Below, in pieces: positions 20,201 through 26,791 of a DNA stretch of 64,000 nucleotides. The notes under the pieces are model-generated. The model was not told the origin of the DNA and searched no databases. It saw nothing but the letters and a program-made list of their open reading frames with translations. The position numbers were made by a program, and so were the translations under genes. Within the stretch, counting starts at the first letter, position 1. Each line of letters opens with the position of its first letter. The stretch comes from Pyxidicoccus caerfyrddinensis (lineage in GTDB: Bacteria > Myxococcota > Myxococcia > Myxococcales > Myxococcaceae). The stretch is taken from contig NZ_JAAIYA010000026.1 in assembly GCF_010894405.1 (NCBI RefSeq), forward strand, positions 111,494 through 175,493, read 5' to 3'.

Positions 20201-21622
20201 CTCGGTGATGGGCGTGCCCTTGAAGCCCCAGGTGAGGCCCAGGTACTCCACGGGCTTGCCGTTCTCGTCCTTCGGTGCCAGCTCCGCCTCGTTCGCGTAC
20301 AGCTTGAGGCCGTCGCTGTGCCGCACGGCGAAAGAGAAGGTCTCCCAGTTGAAGGCCAGCTCCGCGGTGGTCTCCAGGTTGAGCGGGCCGAAGCTCACCT
20401 TCACCGTGACGGGCACGGCGATGGAGTGGTTGGGGATGTCCAGGGTGATGGCGCTCAGGTTCGGCTTCACCTGGAGGAACTGCGGCGCGTCCTCGCCGCC
20501 CGGCTCCTGCTTGAGGAAGGGCAGGGTGAAGGGCGCCTTCTCCAGGTTCAGCTTGAAGCCGAAGCTCCAGTCCTCCGCCCGCATGCTGAAGGAGTCCGTG
20601 GCGGTGGGCAGGCACAGCGTGTCGGGGTCGCCGTAGTTGAGCGGCTCCAGCGCGGTGGTGAGCTGGCGGAGGAAGTGGGGCAGCCGGGCCTCCTTCCACT
20701 CGAACTCCGCCAGGGCCAGCGTCACGCGCTGTTTCGCGGCGATGGACAGCTGGAGCAGCGGGTCTGGCGACGCGCGGCCCTGGTCGGCGTGGACCTCGCG
20801 GCCCTCGTCGCGCTCCCAGGCGAAGTCGCTCGTCACCGTCAGACCGGAGCCCTCGGCGAAGGTGAGGTAGAGCCCGGCCTGGCTCAAGGAACGGTCGTCG
20901 CCCTCCGCCTTGGCGTTCACCACGACGCTGAGCTGCGTGTCGTCCGGGAGCTGGAGATTGAGCCCGGGCAGGGGCAGCGCGCGGCCCATGCCGCCCAGCT
21001 CCACGTCCACGCGGACCTCGCGCAGCGGCTGTCCGAACACGAGGCGGAAGGTGATGGCCTGCCGCGCGAAGGTCTGCCGGTCGAGCTGCTCCCAGGTGAG
21101 GGCGAGGCACTCGCGGCCGAGGTGGAAGCCGGCGATGTCCAGCTCGCTGCCATGCTCGAACAGCCCGGGCAGGAAGGCGCGCAGGCGCACGTCGGTGGCG
21201 GTCAGCTCCAGCGCGCTGCTCACGCGCAGGGTGCCCCGGAACGAGAAGCCGGGGGCCTCACCCGCCCCGCCGTCCAGGCCGAGCTGCCCCGCGTCCAGCT
21301 GCACGCAGATGGGGATGTCGTGGAGGATGAGCTCCAGCTCGTCGGTGAACCTCACCTCCGCGCGCAGGAAGGTCAGCCCGTCGCGCACCTCGCCCACGGT
21401 GAGCCGCGCGCCGTCCTGGCCGGCCAGCGGCACGGACAGCTCGCCTTCGATTCCCAGCCACGCGGTGGCGTCGAGCGTGCCGTTCCCCGTGCGCGCCTCG
21501 TAGTCGAGCACGTGGACGCCGCCGAAGAGCTGGCGCAGCGCGGGTTCTGGGAACATGCCGCCGGGAATGGCGGTATCGGCGAGGAAGCCATCGAGGCGAC
21601 CCAGGGAGCGGTAATAGGGCAT
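11204..21622 (-). CDS. Giant protein (3472 aa), no recognisable family; second gene of the operon
   Basis: Uninterrupted 10.4 kb ORF starting 15 nt after the stop of the 757-aa gene. N-terminus MPYYRSLGRLDGFLADTAIPGG has no signal peptide. Internal Lys/Ile/Phe-rich beta-strand patch and C-terminal tandem repeats are described separately. Confidence 0.8.
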   Translation of the reverse strand: MPYYRSLGRLDGFLADTAIPGGMFPEPALRQLFGGVHVLDYEARTGNGTLDATAWLGIEGELSVPLAGQDGARLTVGEVRDGLTFLRAEVRFTDELELILHDIPICVQLDAGQLGLDGGAGEAPGFSFRGTLRVSSALELTATDVRLRAFLPGLFEHGSELDIAGFHLGRECLALTWEQLDRQTFARQAITFRLVFGQPLREVRVDVELGGMGRALPLPGLNLQLPDDTQLSVVVNAKAEGDDRSLSQAGLYLTFAEGSGLTVTSDFAWERDEGREVHADQGRASPDPLLQLSIAAKQRVTLALAEFEWKEARLPHFLRQLTTALEPLNYGDPDTLCLPTATDSFSMRAEDWSFGFKLNLEKAPFTLPFLKQEPGGEDAPQFLQVKPNLSAITLDIPNHSIAVPVTVKVSFGPLNLETTAELAFNWETFSFAVRHSDGLKLYANEAELAPKDENGKPVEYLGLTWGFKGTPITENGKTRYHLFTLATDKYNYQLQQAPGASFEVKYLHVSDEPIVFAITDFALTPKGLNVTATVTDRPAKLNGLDTRFRFNDSRLVIVENRVQDFTLNGSGPMPPALVGDAMADISLQLAQRDGALTLVSGGARLRGSKLLHCQSTRFEFQVDAIGLRFVNDGRFHLYFVLTGSAQFRLAESDDAEGALALLPKLRIDLVECPLTGDARVISKHVRFLIELPKPLSFSFLGCFELELRGIGFIPQADVFGGDGAMLLTGQLKFAQGAGDTPDTRVDYHRLYIGLPEEGHFLPRLHFGNLPVNLNFGAAFRLNGVVDFVDSTTEKGFSGEGTLQIQGLPTFAAAFSFLRVRRDESSPWLRAWFIYLEARQISLMIPVVQLYVREVGLGFGYRYTLASIKAADQANDVRELLKELKKLSRTQGDLSKRDRWALDLEDPGQDPRWTIVLRAMISQTSASASPLQWDENAEKLISCLFLLDAVIAFRSDLTFFMAVRGWLNANYYDYVSNYKGLRERPFVSGFVLLSPRQKRLLAHVASNPNGQLGPHPQLPEFVEKALTSCQFSATLLVEPGLLHYELGWPNMLRWSQKLGPLEAELRGGFIWRLSREELVTGTSFLARAKLDFSAQVNLGIVGVRVSAQASLAYGARYIGLLSLKDPVGSSALYGGIGIEAHIRFAIEFWIKLKLGFIKIKKSFRFSFGIDFTAGLEVGMVGLSPNGIGLRGTGTLSLSVMGRSFHLSAHIGMREGKVAEALERTKHVLDYGLEATDVEGIPGVEGAALRSGRPAPAALRADTLRTEEAPPALQRRTLAEGTFEAPGYTVFAIRSEDPKGTHYFVLMPQGERPTPSGEVEEEPGFLPVPPAEGAWAQPGYNDFVLTVPRAAKDTYTLEQLDPLTGMWKPHAPTPGQPSQDVAWRAHWETELEKKGERYSETGVPEVGDETFTLARYLRHAFVTEVDALGATIRLRDPARLPPTRSEDVVADDRVHNPTDNAFEAAVRGAVEQFRGSPFFKRDDTRVEYDRLLGQAYQDRTTVYSDDGKVPDDAPGLRKMLEEQQAHQLRGMVVHDIVADLRALAASPDGSGLTPEQRERSVALHMGLVFRVSGGLPAWLDGVPERGEPEPRLRQRIRVEDTTCSGSEVSVRTFNVRDTNFTRNPPQFRRVQQLTDARTIALAWELVWEQPPRAGLTPAQASPEHHLVHYHVRRRGLESNTPEAVYTLKGAQTLHREGGALKRLQPRFQLVDHFHEDTAEDLAALPLSGRSYLYTITPYDFAGNAGRPLTVVATRYPSEPPLVPVNAECVVRYKVDLAILARRDVGTPRVVTPDRVFLEWSEPSAAPGQPQVPVKTYVLVFRRETSLPIGSYGLDSATQRAGARSLPTSNARPLPTDVRVTVVPTGPREKRVAEVPLTKLRELRVLPAENDAWRPEAWRLFMQTESGNGVPSALAPVQLLLRVVRADAPADDTDNRRREERRPAELEWLPSPVVLPVLPPEDVRATVEDAHFPMPVGTVGHPEAFRFNGQLTGVLHQKHPAGVRCIRFRWNQGPSGAPDHPLDLHAGYHLLELDTDAHTTETFGDADRLSRALRGLQEVQMLPAGDMQLVPGDTLATSAWEAWYPSTLQRRRTPAARAAGSQLSLTPGPSWRESLLEWPHWPGLTDSPAPSRTSALHPVLAGIVQRLQRPAGDSQLPAFTVDLQISPPTQPGSFADLLRATAAQADPYGWGVLQRLGLSMAFSLREPRTGEVLKGQALLDAVRDVLAQQGVLPDEAARHLHVELLFQPGRAVALREGAVVAEDLLALVQLSLRPVVRQRALYSAIHLEGPAGAPLDVVLHLKPATTCSVVEQTNPAAGQAELEPEPGATTGTVSKRTFVLPLNGKTQVLLRTRSAAEALSLADLPGAGVALGRPLSPEAQALLTQEPLPAYVTYRETPAAELVLAQSPHTLSADARALLRTTLAQEPAALTALLGMRLEPLFQVTDERTTYFPADVEPLAALLAHDEDTSDEKLRPEAVQWRRFRRYAESLSSTDPGMPAEQKIRIPASGSALEDVLPDVLTWSQRFFDATGRIDFTQDGPLVAPEGPWVATAYPRASSPAYSSPDESGRLTYDHLLEDAWAHNYRFYVRPFARYDLLWQGLRQSPLLYPDAPAVEPARPDPLAGGLDVVMDRTRAVDMPLVLSSTRLDADAPLEPSAPDEPLPPVVPSEPGSTWEVVVAQHPEQALMERNQTLARQLGFRQVAFTLLRGFAFPGWVSALEGAAGLSGPLVLTPVEDRVPEIPGTLPEQPEHLDLSGRLSVEDARGLDLPLRVGAFQQGAQVIQWEGLPFYYKHRLLLMAQTHSTVSPLNEVRQRDFEYRAPEKPVAWVEGMTRTGWVPTPPFGGTTPASGLTVRARGLGIPLRRLWESLPERAQQRWGSERPRPGGRGPSWLPDLDVVYQVVEEHQGNVEVQAELYFDAAAGAFAKRQLGGHFLADIAALSLPEVPLGTEEDRFLLAVTVQQVTELELSRPYTAPQQASIPEPTRSKLAFNARRLSFVGVLTHEDRQNLAVLDALDRQAVGRVHDGWYARVPVASAMDVPASLADVVDFEKPEDLPLVWTGPLDAAQAQALRALPGDEELRRTVETLIATAAGAGADTVTTVVAPRGPEQLPPALAQKVELRTDAAGTAYTTLVWKGHLWAEHQLEIDRWVRVTALADAFARLKEAFDAAVATRPLPAARPLAGELPAVLRGRLGITDAKLRWKGPAPTDAEREALAALAGDAAFLGARTRLLAAIDTDRTVPHLGERPAEDTLPEFVRAQLRFATGTVTWTAPAPTDAQRAALLAMPGDAQWQGTVRLLLQLVDVDQEVDLAPVKRRPRQGDLPDALSARLTVEPTAVHWRGPLDDITQREQLLALDGDAPFVAALQALVADLDARVLQVPFTAPLRPTLDAAHPLSARLVIGGAVLRYHGLMTRDEALRLRALFPRGAEKAAVERLHKQSHSRGMDDRKLGIRARRGSARPSPIHPLDSRPL
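11330..12590 (-). repeat. Five degenerate tandem repeats of about 65-70 aa inside the C-terminus of the 3472-aa protein
   Basis: Repeated units read in the translation: LPLVWTGPLDAAQAQALRALPGDEEL... / LRWKGPAPTDAEREALAALAGDAAFLG... / VTWTAPAPTDAQRAALLAMPGDAQWQG... / VHWRGPLDDITQREQLLALDGDAPFVA... Consensus is roughly W-x-GP-x4-[EQ]-x-[EQ]-AL-x-AL-x-GD. Coordinates are approximate (±30 nt). Confidence 0.55.
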
Positions 21623-21637
21623 GGCGGGCTCGTGGCG

Positions 21638-23911
21638 CTACGAGAGGGGAAGCTCGTCGGGGCGGATGACCCACAAGGTCCCGACGATGCGGTTGTCCCA
21701 GGTGACGGAGTTGGCGGCCCAGGTGGTCTGCGTCTGGGCCCAGTTCTGGCCGCGCAGCGCCTGGATGTTGGCGTCGTTGACGCCGTTGAGCGCGCGCTGT
21801 TCGACCTGGTAGCGGTCGATGACGTAGTCGCGCAGCACGTTGTGCAGGGGCGACACCAGGCACCCCGCGGAGCCGGTGCCGGTGTTCTGGCCGCTCATGG
21901 TGCCGCGGTGGATGCGGACGTTCACCTTGCCGCCGTGGGTGGGTGACGTCTGCGGGTCGTGGCCCGCCTCGGGCACGTCCTCTGTGACGTGCTCGCCGAA
22001 GTAGAAGCGCGCCTCGCGTAAGCCGTCGTAGGCGGTGACGTCCGGGTCCACGACGGTGAAGGTGTAGTTGCGGAACTGCGGGCCACTGCCCGTTCCGGGC
22101 GAGCGGTAGCTGGCCCAGTGGTAGCGGCGGTTGCCCCGCACGGACGACAGGTTCTGGTCGTTGGCAGGGTAGTTGCGCGAAGTGAAGCTGGTGTAGCGCA
22201 CCTGCGCGTGCACCTCGCCGTTGTGCACGACGAACATCACCCCGTCGTAGTGGTCATAGAAGCGGGGGTTGGCCGGGGTGGCGGGGACGGCCGGACCCAG
22301 GTCATAGGCCAGCGCGGGCAATTCGCCGCTGAGGCCAGCGGGGATGTGCCAGGCGGAGGTTCCGCCGCCGAAGTCCGGGTTGCCGTCCAGGGTGAGGGTG
22401 CGCTGGACGCGGTCGAAGGCGGTGATGCGGTAGGTGCGGCGGGGCCGCGCGGTGTCCGAGGGCAGGTAGACGGTGTCGAAGCGCGCGTTGAGCTTGTTGA
22501 TGTTGGGGGTGCCGTCCAGGCGCACCGTGTTGTCCGCGGTGCGCGTGGCGGAGGCGCCCTGCAGCCGTCCGCCCAGCGGGTCGATGAGCACCAGCACCTG
22601 CCGCAGGCTGATGCGCCACGGGGACGGATTGCCGCCGAGGTTGGGCTCGCTGGCGCCGGCCTCCAGCGTCACCTGCCGGTTGGCCACGTCCACCGCGGTG
22701 ATGCGGTACCACTTCCGGGGGCGCGCGGTGTCCGCGTCGAGGTAGAGCAGGTCCTTCCCGGCGCGCACCCGGCTCAGGTCCATGGTGCCGTCGAGGGTGA
22801 CCTGGTTGCCCGCGGCGGTGGCGGCGGCGCCCTCCGGGTCCAGGAAGTCGATGGTGGTGGCCGCCGTGGGCGTGCCAGGCACCGCGCCGGCGAGCCAGGG
22901 GTCGTCGAAGAGCGAGTAGAACTCGACGATGGCCTCGAGCTGGAAGAGGTTGAGCGCGTCGCGGTCGTTGAACTCGAAGGGCGGGGCGGTGCTGCCCGCG
23001 GGGGCGTGGCCCGCGCGCTTGAGGAGCTGCTCGCGGTAGAGCGCCTTCTGGTGGTTGCCCACCTGCCGCCACTGCGCGGCGGTGAGGTGGAGGCGGTCCT
23101 TCGCCTCCTTGAGCACGCTGAACGGATAGAGCGACGCCTGCACCAGTCCGAGCAGCGCGGCCGGCGTCGCCGCGTCGATGACGGGCCACTTCCTGGGCGC
23201 GAGGGTGAGGAGCTCATCCACCTTCGGCTGCCCCTCCTCCACGAAGTCGCGCATCACGTCGTAGAGGTGCGACGGGTCCGTGGTGCCGGAGAAGGTGAGC
23301 ACGGAGAAGCCCACCTCGCGGGTTCCCGCCTGGCCTGCGACCGGCGCGGCCCGGCCGATGGCATGTCCCGCCGTCACCGGCACGTCCACCTGCCCGCGGA
23401 TGAGCAGGTCCACCACCCGCGCGCGGTTGAGGCCCTGGTTGGGGATGAGGAAGTCCAGCTGCTCCGCCAGCGCGGCCTCCAGGGAGCCCGTCTCGATGTC
23501 CAGGTAGATGAAGCCACGGAGGCCGCCCAGCTGCTGCGCGCGCTGTTGGAAGGCCTGCGCGCCCGTCATGACGAAGGACGGGTGGAGGTACAGCTTCACG
23601 CGGGGCGGGAGCGGCTCGTAGTCCTCGGGCAGGTCGAAGGGCTCCGTCGGGTCGGGTGCTCCACCCAGCGGCGGGCGCGCGGACAGCGTGCCGGCCATCA
23701 CCGCGAGAAGCTGCCCGGTGTCGGTGGTACGGAGCCGGAGGTGGTCGCGGAAGGCGTGCTGAGGCCCGGGCGTGGACGGGGCCGGCCCATAGCCGTGGAC
23801 GCGCGTCCATGGCGTGGGGGCGACGAAGGGCGGGTTGATGAACAGCCGGAGCGGTTTGGCCAAGCGCGACTCCCCCTCAGATTCGCGTCGATGCGGCGCT
23901 GACGCTTCCAT
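21638..23911 (-). CDS. 757-aa protein, first gene of the giant operon; two internal ~62-aa repeats and a C-terminal L,D-transpeptidase (YkuD)-like motif
   Basis: ATG at the complement of 23909-23911. The C-terminal region contains IHRGTMSGQNTGTGSAGCLVSP, which fits the YkuD catalytic signature H-G-T-x(8-12)-S-x-G-C-[IVL] (compare IHGT...SHGCIR). No signal peptide. Confidence 0.7.
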   Translation of the reverse strand: MEASAPHRRESEGESRLAKPLRLFINPPFVAPTPWTRVHGYGPAPSTPGPQHAFRDHLRLRTTDTGQLLAVMAGTLSARPPLGGAPDPTEPFDLPEDYEPLPPRVKLYLHPSFVMTGAQAFQQRAQQLGGLRGFIYLDIETGSLEAALAEQLDFLIPNQGLNRARVVDLLIRGQVDVPVTAGHAIGRAAPVAGQAGTREVGFSVLTFSGTTDPSHLYDVMRDFVEEGQPKVDELLTLAPRKWPVIDAATPAALLGLVQASLYPFSVLKEAKDRLHLTAAQWRQVGNHQKALYREQLLKRAGHAPAGSTAPPFEFNDRDALNLFQLEAIVEFYSLFDDPWLAGAVPGTPTAATTIDFLDPEGAAATAAGNQVTLDGTMDLSRVRAGKDLLYLDADTARPRKWYRITAVDVANRQVTLEAGASEPNLGGNPSPWRISLRQVLVLIDPLGGRLQGASATRTADNTVRLDGTPNINKLNARFDTVYLPSDTARPRRTYRITAFDRVQRTLTLDGNPDFGGGTSAWHIPAGLSGELPALAYDLGPAVPATPANPRFYDHYDGVMFVVHNGEVHAQVRYTSFTSRNYPANDQNLSSVRGNRRYHWASYRSPGTGSGPQFRNYTFTVVDPDVTAYDGLREARFYFGEHVTEDVPEAGHDPQTSPTHGGKVNVRIHRGTMSGQNTGTGSAGCLVSPLHNVLRDYVIDRYQVEQRALNGVNDANIQALRGQNWAQTQTTWAANSVTWDNRIVGTLWVIRPDELPLS
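22340..22790 (-). repeat. Two tandem ~62-aa repeats inside the 757-aa protein
   Basis: LDGTMDLSRVRAGKDLLYLDADTARPRKWYRITAVDVANRQVTLEAGASEPNLGGNPSPWRIS versus LDGTPNINKLNARFDTVYLPSDTARPRRTYRITAFDRVQRTLTLDGNPDFGGGTSAWHIPAG. Coordinates approximate. Confidence 0.6.
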
Positions 23912-24033
23912 CTGCCCATGCGCCTGGGTTTGGAGACAAGAGAAATCTGGGATTGGCTCGCCTGCTGGGGATGATGATTGCAGCCGTGAAGGACGGTTCC
24001 AGTCGCGGGCTCGGGGGATGCTAGGGTTCCAGC

Positions 24034-25206
24034 GTGCTCTTCAATCTCTTGTCAGGCATTCCGTCGTTGCTTGCCCAGGTCCCGGCGCCGGCGCCGGCGC
24101 CCACGGAACCCCAGAGTCTCACGGTGACCCGGGAGCTCATCAACGCCTACGACTCCGCGCGGAACGGGCGGGGGCGGCTGCGAGGGGCCATCGACGAGAT
24201 TCGCCAGGGAAGGGCACTCGGCTATCACCAGACACAGACGTCCCGGCGCTTCCTGGTGCCGCTGCTGGACGACGTGCTCCATGTCCCCGCCGCGGACAGG
24301 GCGGCGCGGCTGGCGGACTGGGATTGGTTCCTGGCCAGTGGCCCGCCCGGCAGCACCCCACGCGCGACGAACGCGGACTGGACGGCGCGGAGAACGGCGT
24401 TCCTGGACTCGATGAAGGTGCCGGTGGAGTCGCGCCTGGCGCGGTTCAACCCCGCGGACAACGTGGCATTCGACGCCACGCTCAACTGGCTCCAGAACCT
24501 GCCCCAGTCGGTCCACGAGCTCATCCAGGACGTCTCGCACGCGGAGATTCCGCCCGCCTTCGTCTACTCGGCGGCGGCGAACGAGGGCCTGGTGGACCAG
24601 TACATCCGGCCCCAGGTTCCCGGCGCCGGAGTCCGGCTGAATGCCGCCCAGTTGTCGGGCATCCGCGTCGACCTGCCCGTGGATGGCTTCATGGCGCTTG
24701 GGATTGACACGTTCTTCACCGAGCTGGGCTACACGCATCAGCCCCTGCGCTCCTTCTTTCCCGCCGGATTCGACGTCACGCAAATGGTGGAGATCACCTA
24801 TACCAACGAGAAGGGGGAGACGGTTCGCTCGGCGCGCGCTCCCAATCTCAGGATGGGGCTTCAGGCGCAGGTGGCCATGCTCCGGCGGCGGCGCGCGCTG
24901 TTCCTGGAAGACCAGACATCGCTCGGCTTCGCGGCGCCGCTTCCCGACGAGCTCGTCTACTTCGCATACATCTATTACAACGTAGGCCCCGGGGACCGGG
25001 CGCATCCGGATGCGCCGGGGAACGGCGGCTACCAGACGTTGTATCGCCACCGCCCGGCCCATCCGAATCCCGCGGAGCGCCGGGTGCTGGGAGATTGGAT
25101 TTCGCAGTCGGCGCTCTGGTACCGGAACGCGATGAAGGTGCTGGTGACGTACCGCTTCGTGTCGGATGCGACAGGCGGTCACCCGGTCATCTTCGCGGGG
25201 CTGTGA
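24034..25206 (+). CDS. Hypothetical protein (390 aa), divergent from the giant operon
   Basis: ORF track. Protein-like composition; possible weak N-terminal hydrophobic segment (LLSGIPSLLAQVPAPAP). Stop is 2 nt before the next gene. Confidence 0.5.
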   Translation: MLFNLLSGIPSLLAQVPAPAPAPTEPQSLTVTRELINAYDSARNGRGRLRGAIDEIRQGRALGYHQTQTSRRFLVPLLDDVLHVPAADRAARLADWDWFLASGPPGSTPRATNADWTARRTAFLDSMKVPVESRLARFNPADNVAFDATLNWLQNLPQSVHELIQDVSHAEIPPAFVYSAAANEGLVDQYIRPQVPGAGVRLNAAQLSGIRVDLPVDGFMALGIDTFFTELGYTHQPLRSFFPAGFDVTQMVEITYTNEKGETVRSARAPNLRMGLQAQVAMLRRRRALFLEDQTSLGFAAPLPDELVYFAYIYYNVGPGDRAHPDAPGNGGYQTLYRHRPAHPNPAERRVLGDWISQSALWYRNAMKVLVTYRFVSDATGGHPVIFAGL

Positions 25207-25208
25207 GC

Positions 25209-25913
25209 ATGGTCCGCGCGCGTCCCTGCCTCGGGCTCCTCGCGGCGCTGGTGCTGGCGGGGTGTCCCCGGCAGGGCGTGGTGCCACTGCGGCCAGAACA
25301 GTACCCGGCGCCCTACGAGGTCGTGGCGCGGCTGGACGTGAATGGCGATGGCCGTGAGGATGCGCTCTTCCGGAATCCGGATGACTGCGGCTCCGCGGGC
25401 TGCGCGCACCTGCTCTGGCTCAGTGGCCCCGGAGGCTACCGGGCCGCGCTGACCACGGTGGCCTCGCTGTGCGAGGTGGCCGCGGAGAAGACGCGCGGGT
25501 ATCGGGACGTGCGCTGCGTGCAGCCGGTGGTGGACGAGGGAACGCAGCTCAACGTCCGCGCGGCAGTGCGCTACCGGTGGAGCGGGACGGAGTACGTGAG
25601 CGAGCTCGCGCACCTGGACGGCGCGGCCGAGCGCCCCGCCTGCGAGCTGTTCCGCGCGCGAACGGCGCTGCCGCTCTGGGTGCTGCCGGCCCGGGACGTG
25701 TCGGTCTCCGAGCGCACGCCGCAGGGGTGGACGTTCGGTCCCCCGGTGACGCCGCGGCGCGGAGCACTGGAGGAGGGAGAGACCTTCGAGCCGGGCGTCG
25801 AGCGGGTGGACGCGGCGGGGGAGCGCTGGACGCAGGTGCCGGGGCGCGGGTGGGTGGAGTCGAAGGGGCTCGACTGCGCTGAAGGCGGCGAGGACTCAGC
25901 GGCCGGGCCCTGA
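25209..25913 (+). CDS. Lipoprotein, unknown function
   Basis: Internal ATG of the track ORF 25095..25913: MVRARPCLGLLAALVLAGC has a lipobox. Cys-rich mature part (DCGSAGCAHLLWLSG). Confidence 0.6.
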   Translation: MVRARPCLGLLAALVLAGCPRQGVVPLRPEQYPAPYEVVARLDVNGDGREDALFRNPDDCGSAGCAHLLWLSGPGGYRAALTTVASLCEVAAEKTRGYRDVRCVQPVVDEGTQLNVRAAVRYRWSGTEYVSELAHLDGAAERPACELFRARTALPLWVLPARDVSVSERTPQGWTFGPPVTPRRGALEEGETFEPGVERVDAAGERWTQVPGRGWVESKGLDCAEGGEDSAAGP

Positions 25914-26690
25914 CGGCTTCCACCGGCGCACCTCGTAGGGCGCGGAGTGGTACGGGACGTCGCCCAAGGAGCGCTCCTCGGCGAGCCCGTGGAACGTGTG
26001 GAGGATGAGGTCCCCGGCGTCGAGCACGCCCATGGGCGCACGGTCCTCGGCGAGCACGGCCGTCTGGAAGCCGAAGTGGAGCACGTCTCCCGCGCGCACG
26101 GGCCCCGTCACCCGCCAGGTGAAGCGATGCAGCGCGGACGGCGCGACGTAGGGCATGGCCTCGCCCAGGCGCCGCCGCCCGTAGATGGTGAGCGCCACAC
26201 AGTCGGCGCCGAGCCGCGCATCCGTCTGGTGCCGGCCGTCCGGGAGGTGGCGGGGGAAGAGGACGAAGGGCACGCCAATGAGCTCGCTCGCGTAGCCGGC
26301 ATAGGAGTCATCGCGGCGGACCACCAGCTCCCATGCGGCGGCGAGGTCCGAGGCGCCGGGCGGAGCAGTGGGCGCCTCCGCTCGCGCGAGGAGGCGGTGG
26401 GTCCCCGGTGAGGCCAGCTCCGGGACGTCGCGCGCATCGAAGGCGGAGAGGCCGCGAAGCGCGGGCAACTCCCGCCAGGCGTAGACGATGGGGACCACAC
26501 ACCGTTGCCCGCAGCTGGTGTTGTCGTAGTCGAGCGGCAGCGGCGCAAGGAGGTACCAGCGAGGGGAGGGAATGCTCCGCTCCGTCATGGGCAGCGACTC
26601 ACCCACCCGGGCGAAGCGCGTGCGGGGTGGAGCCTCCGCAATGGCGGCTCCGGACCCCAGCAGCGCCAGGAGGGGCAGGAGTGGCGCCAT
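25896..26690 (-). CDS. Secreted hypothetical protein
   Basis: Trimmed from track ORF 25896..27188 to the internal ATG giving MAPLLPLLALLGSGAAIAEAPP, a signal-peptide-like start. The upstream track extension is Arg/Gly-rich and implausible. Confidence 0.45.
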   Translation of the reverse strand: MAPLLPLLALLGSGAAIAEAPPRTRFARVGESLPMTERSIPSPRWYLLAPLPLDYDNTSCGQRCVVPIVYAWRELPALRGLSAFDARDVPELASPGTHRLLARAEAPTAPPGASDLAAAWELVVRRDDSYAGYASELIGVPFVLFPRHLPDGRHQTDARLGADCVALTIYGRRRLGEAMPYVAPSALHRFTWRVTGPVRAGDVLHFGFQTAVLAEDRAPMGVLDAGDLILHTFHGLAEERSLGDVPYHSAPYEVRRWKPSGPGR

Positions 26691-26791
26691 GCGCAGGCGC
26701 CGTCCCGGCCGCGGGGGCGACAGTGGCCTTACCGTGGAGGCCTGGAAGCGCGGCGGTGCCGCGTCGACCGGAAAGGGCGCGAGGCGGACGC

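Noticed and set aside
3179-21622. Assigning the giant proteins to Rhs/YD-repeat, Tc-toxin BC, RTX, or NRPS/PKS families
   Set aside because: No YD/RHS core motifs, no GGxGxD nonapeptide repeats, and no condensation, adenylation or KS signatures (HHxxxDG, SGTTGxPKG, DTACSSS) anywhere in either protein.
3227-21946. Large plus-strand ORFs overlapping the giant genes (805, 468, 497, 1024, 741, 487, 1019, 424, 872 aa and others)
   Set aside because: Their translations are dominated by Arg/Gly/Ala/Pro/His runs (for example RGAGLRELLDVVAAQRPGADRVAPVEDG...), typical of open antisense frames in 70% GC DNA. The minus-strand frames have balanced composition, conserved-looking hydrophobic periodicity and operon-style spacing.
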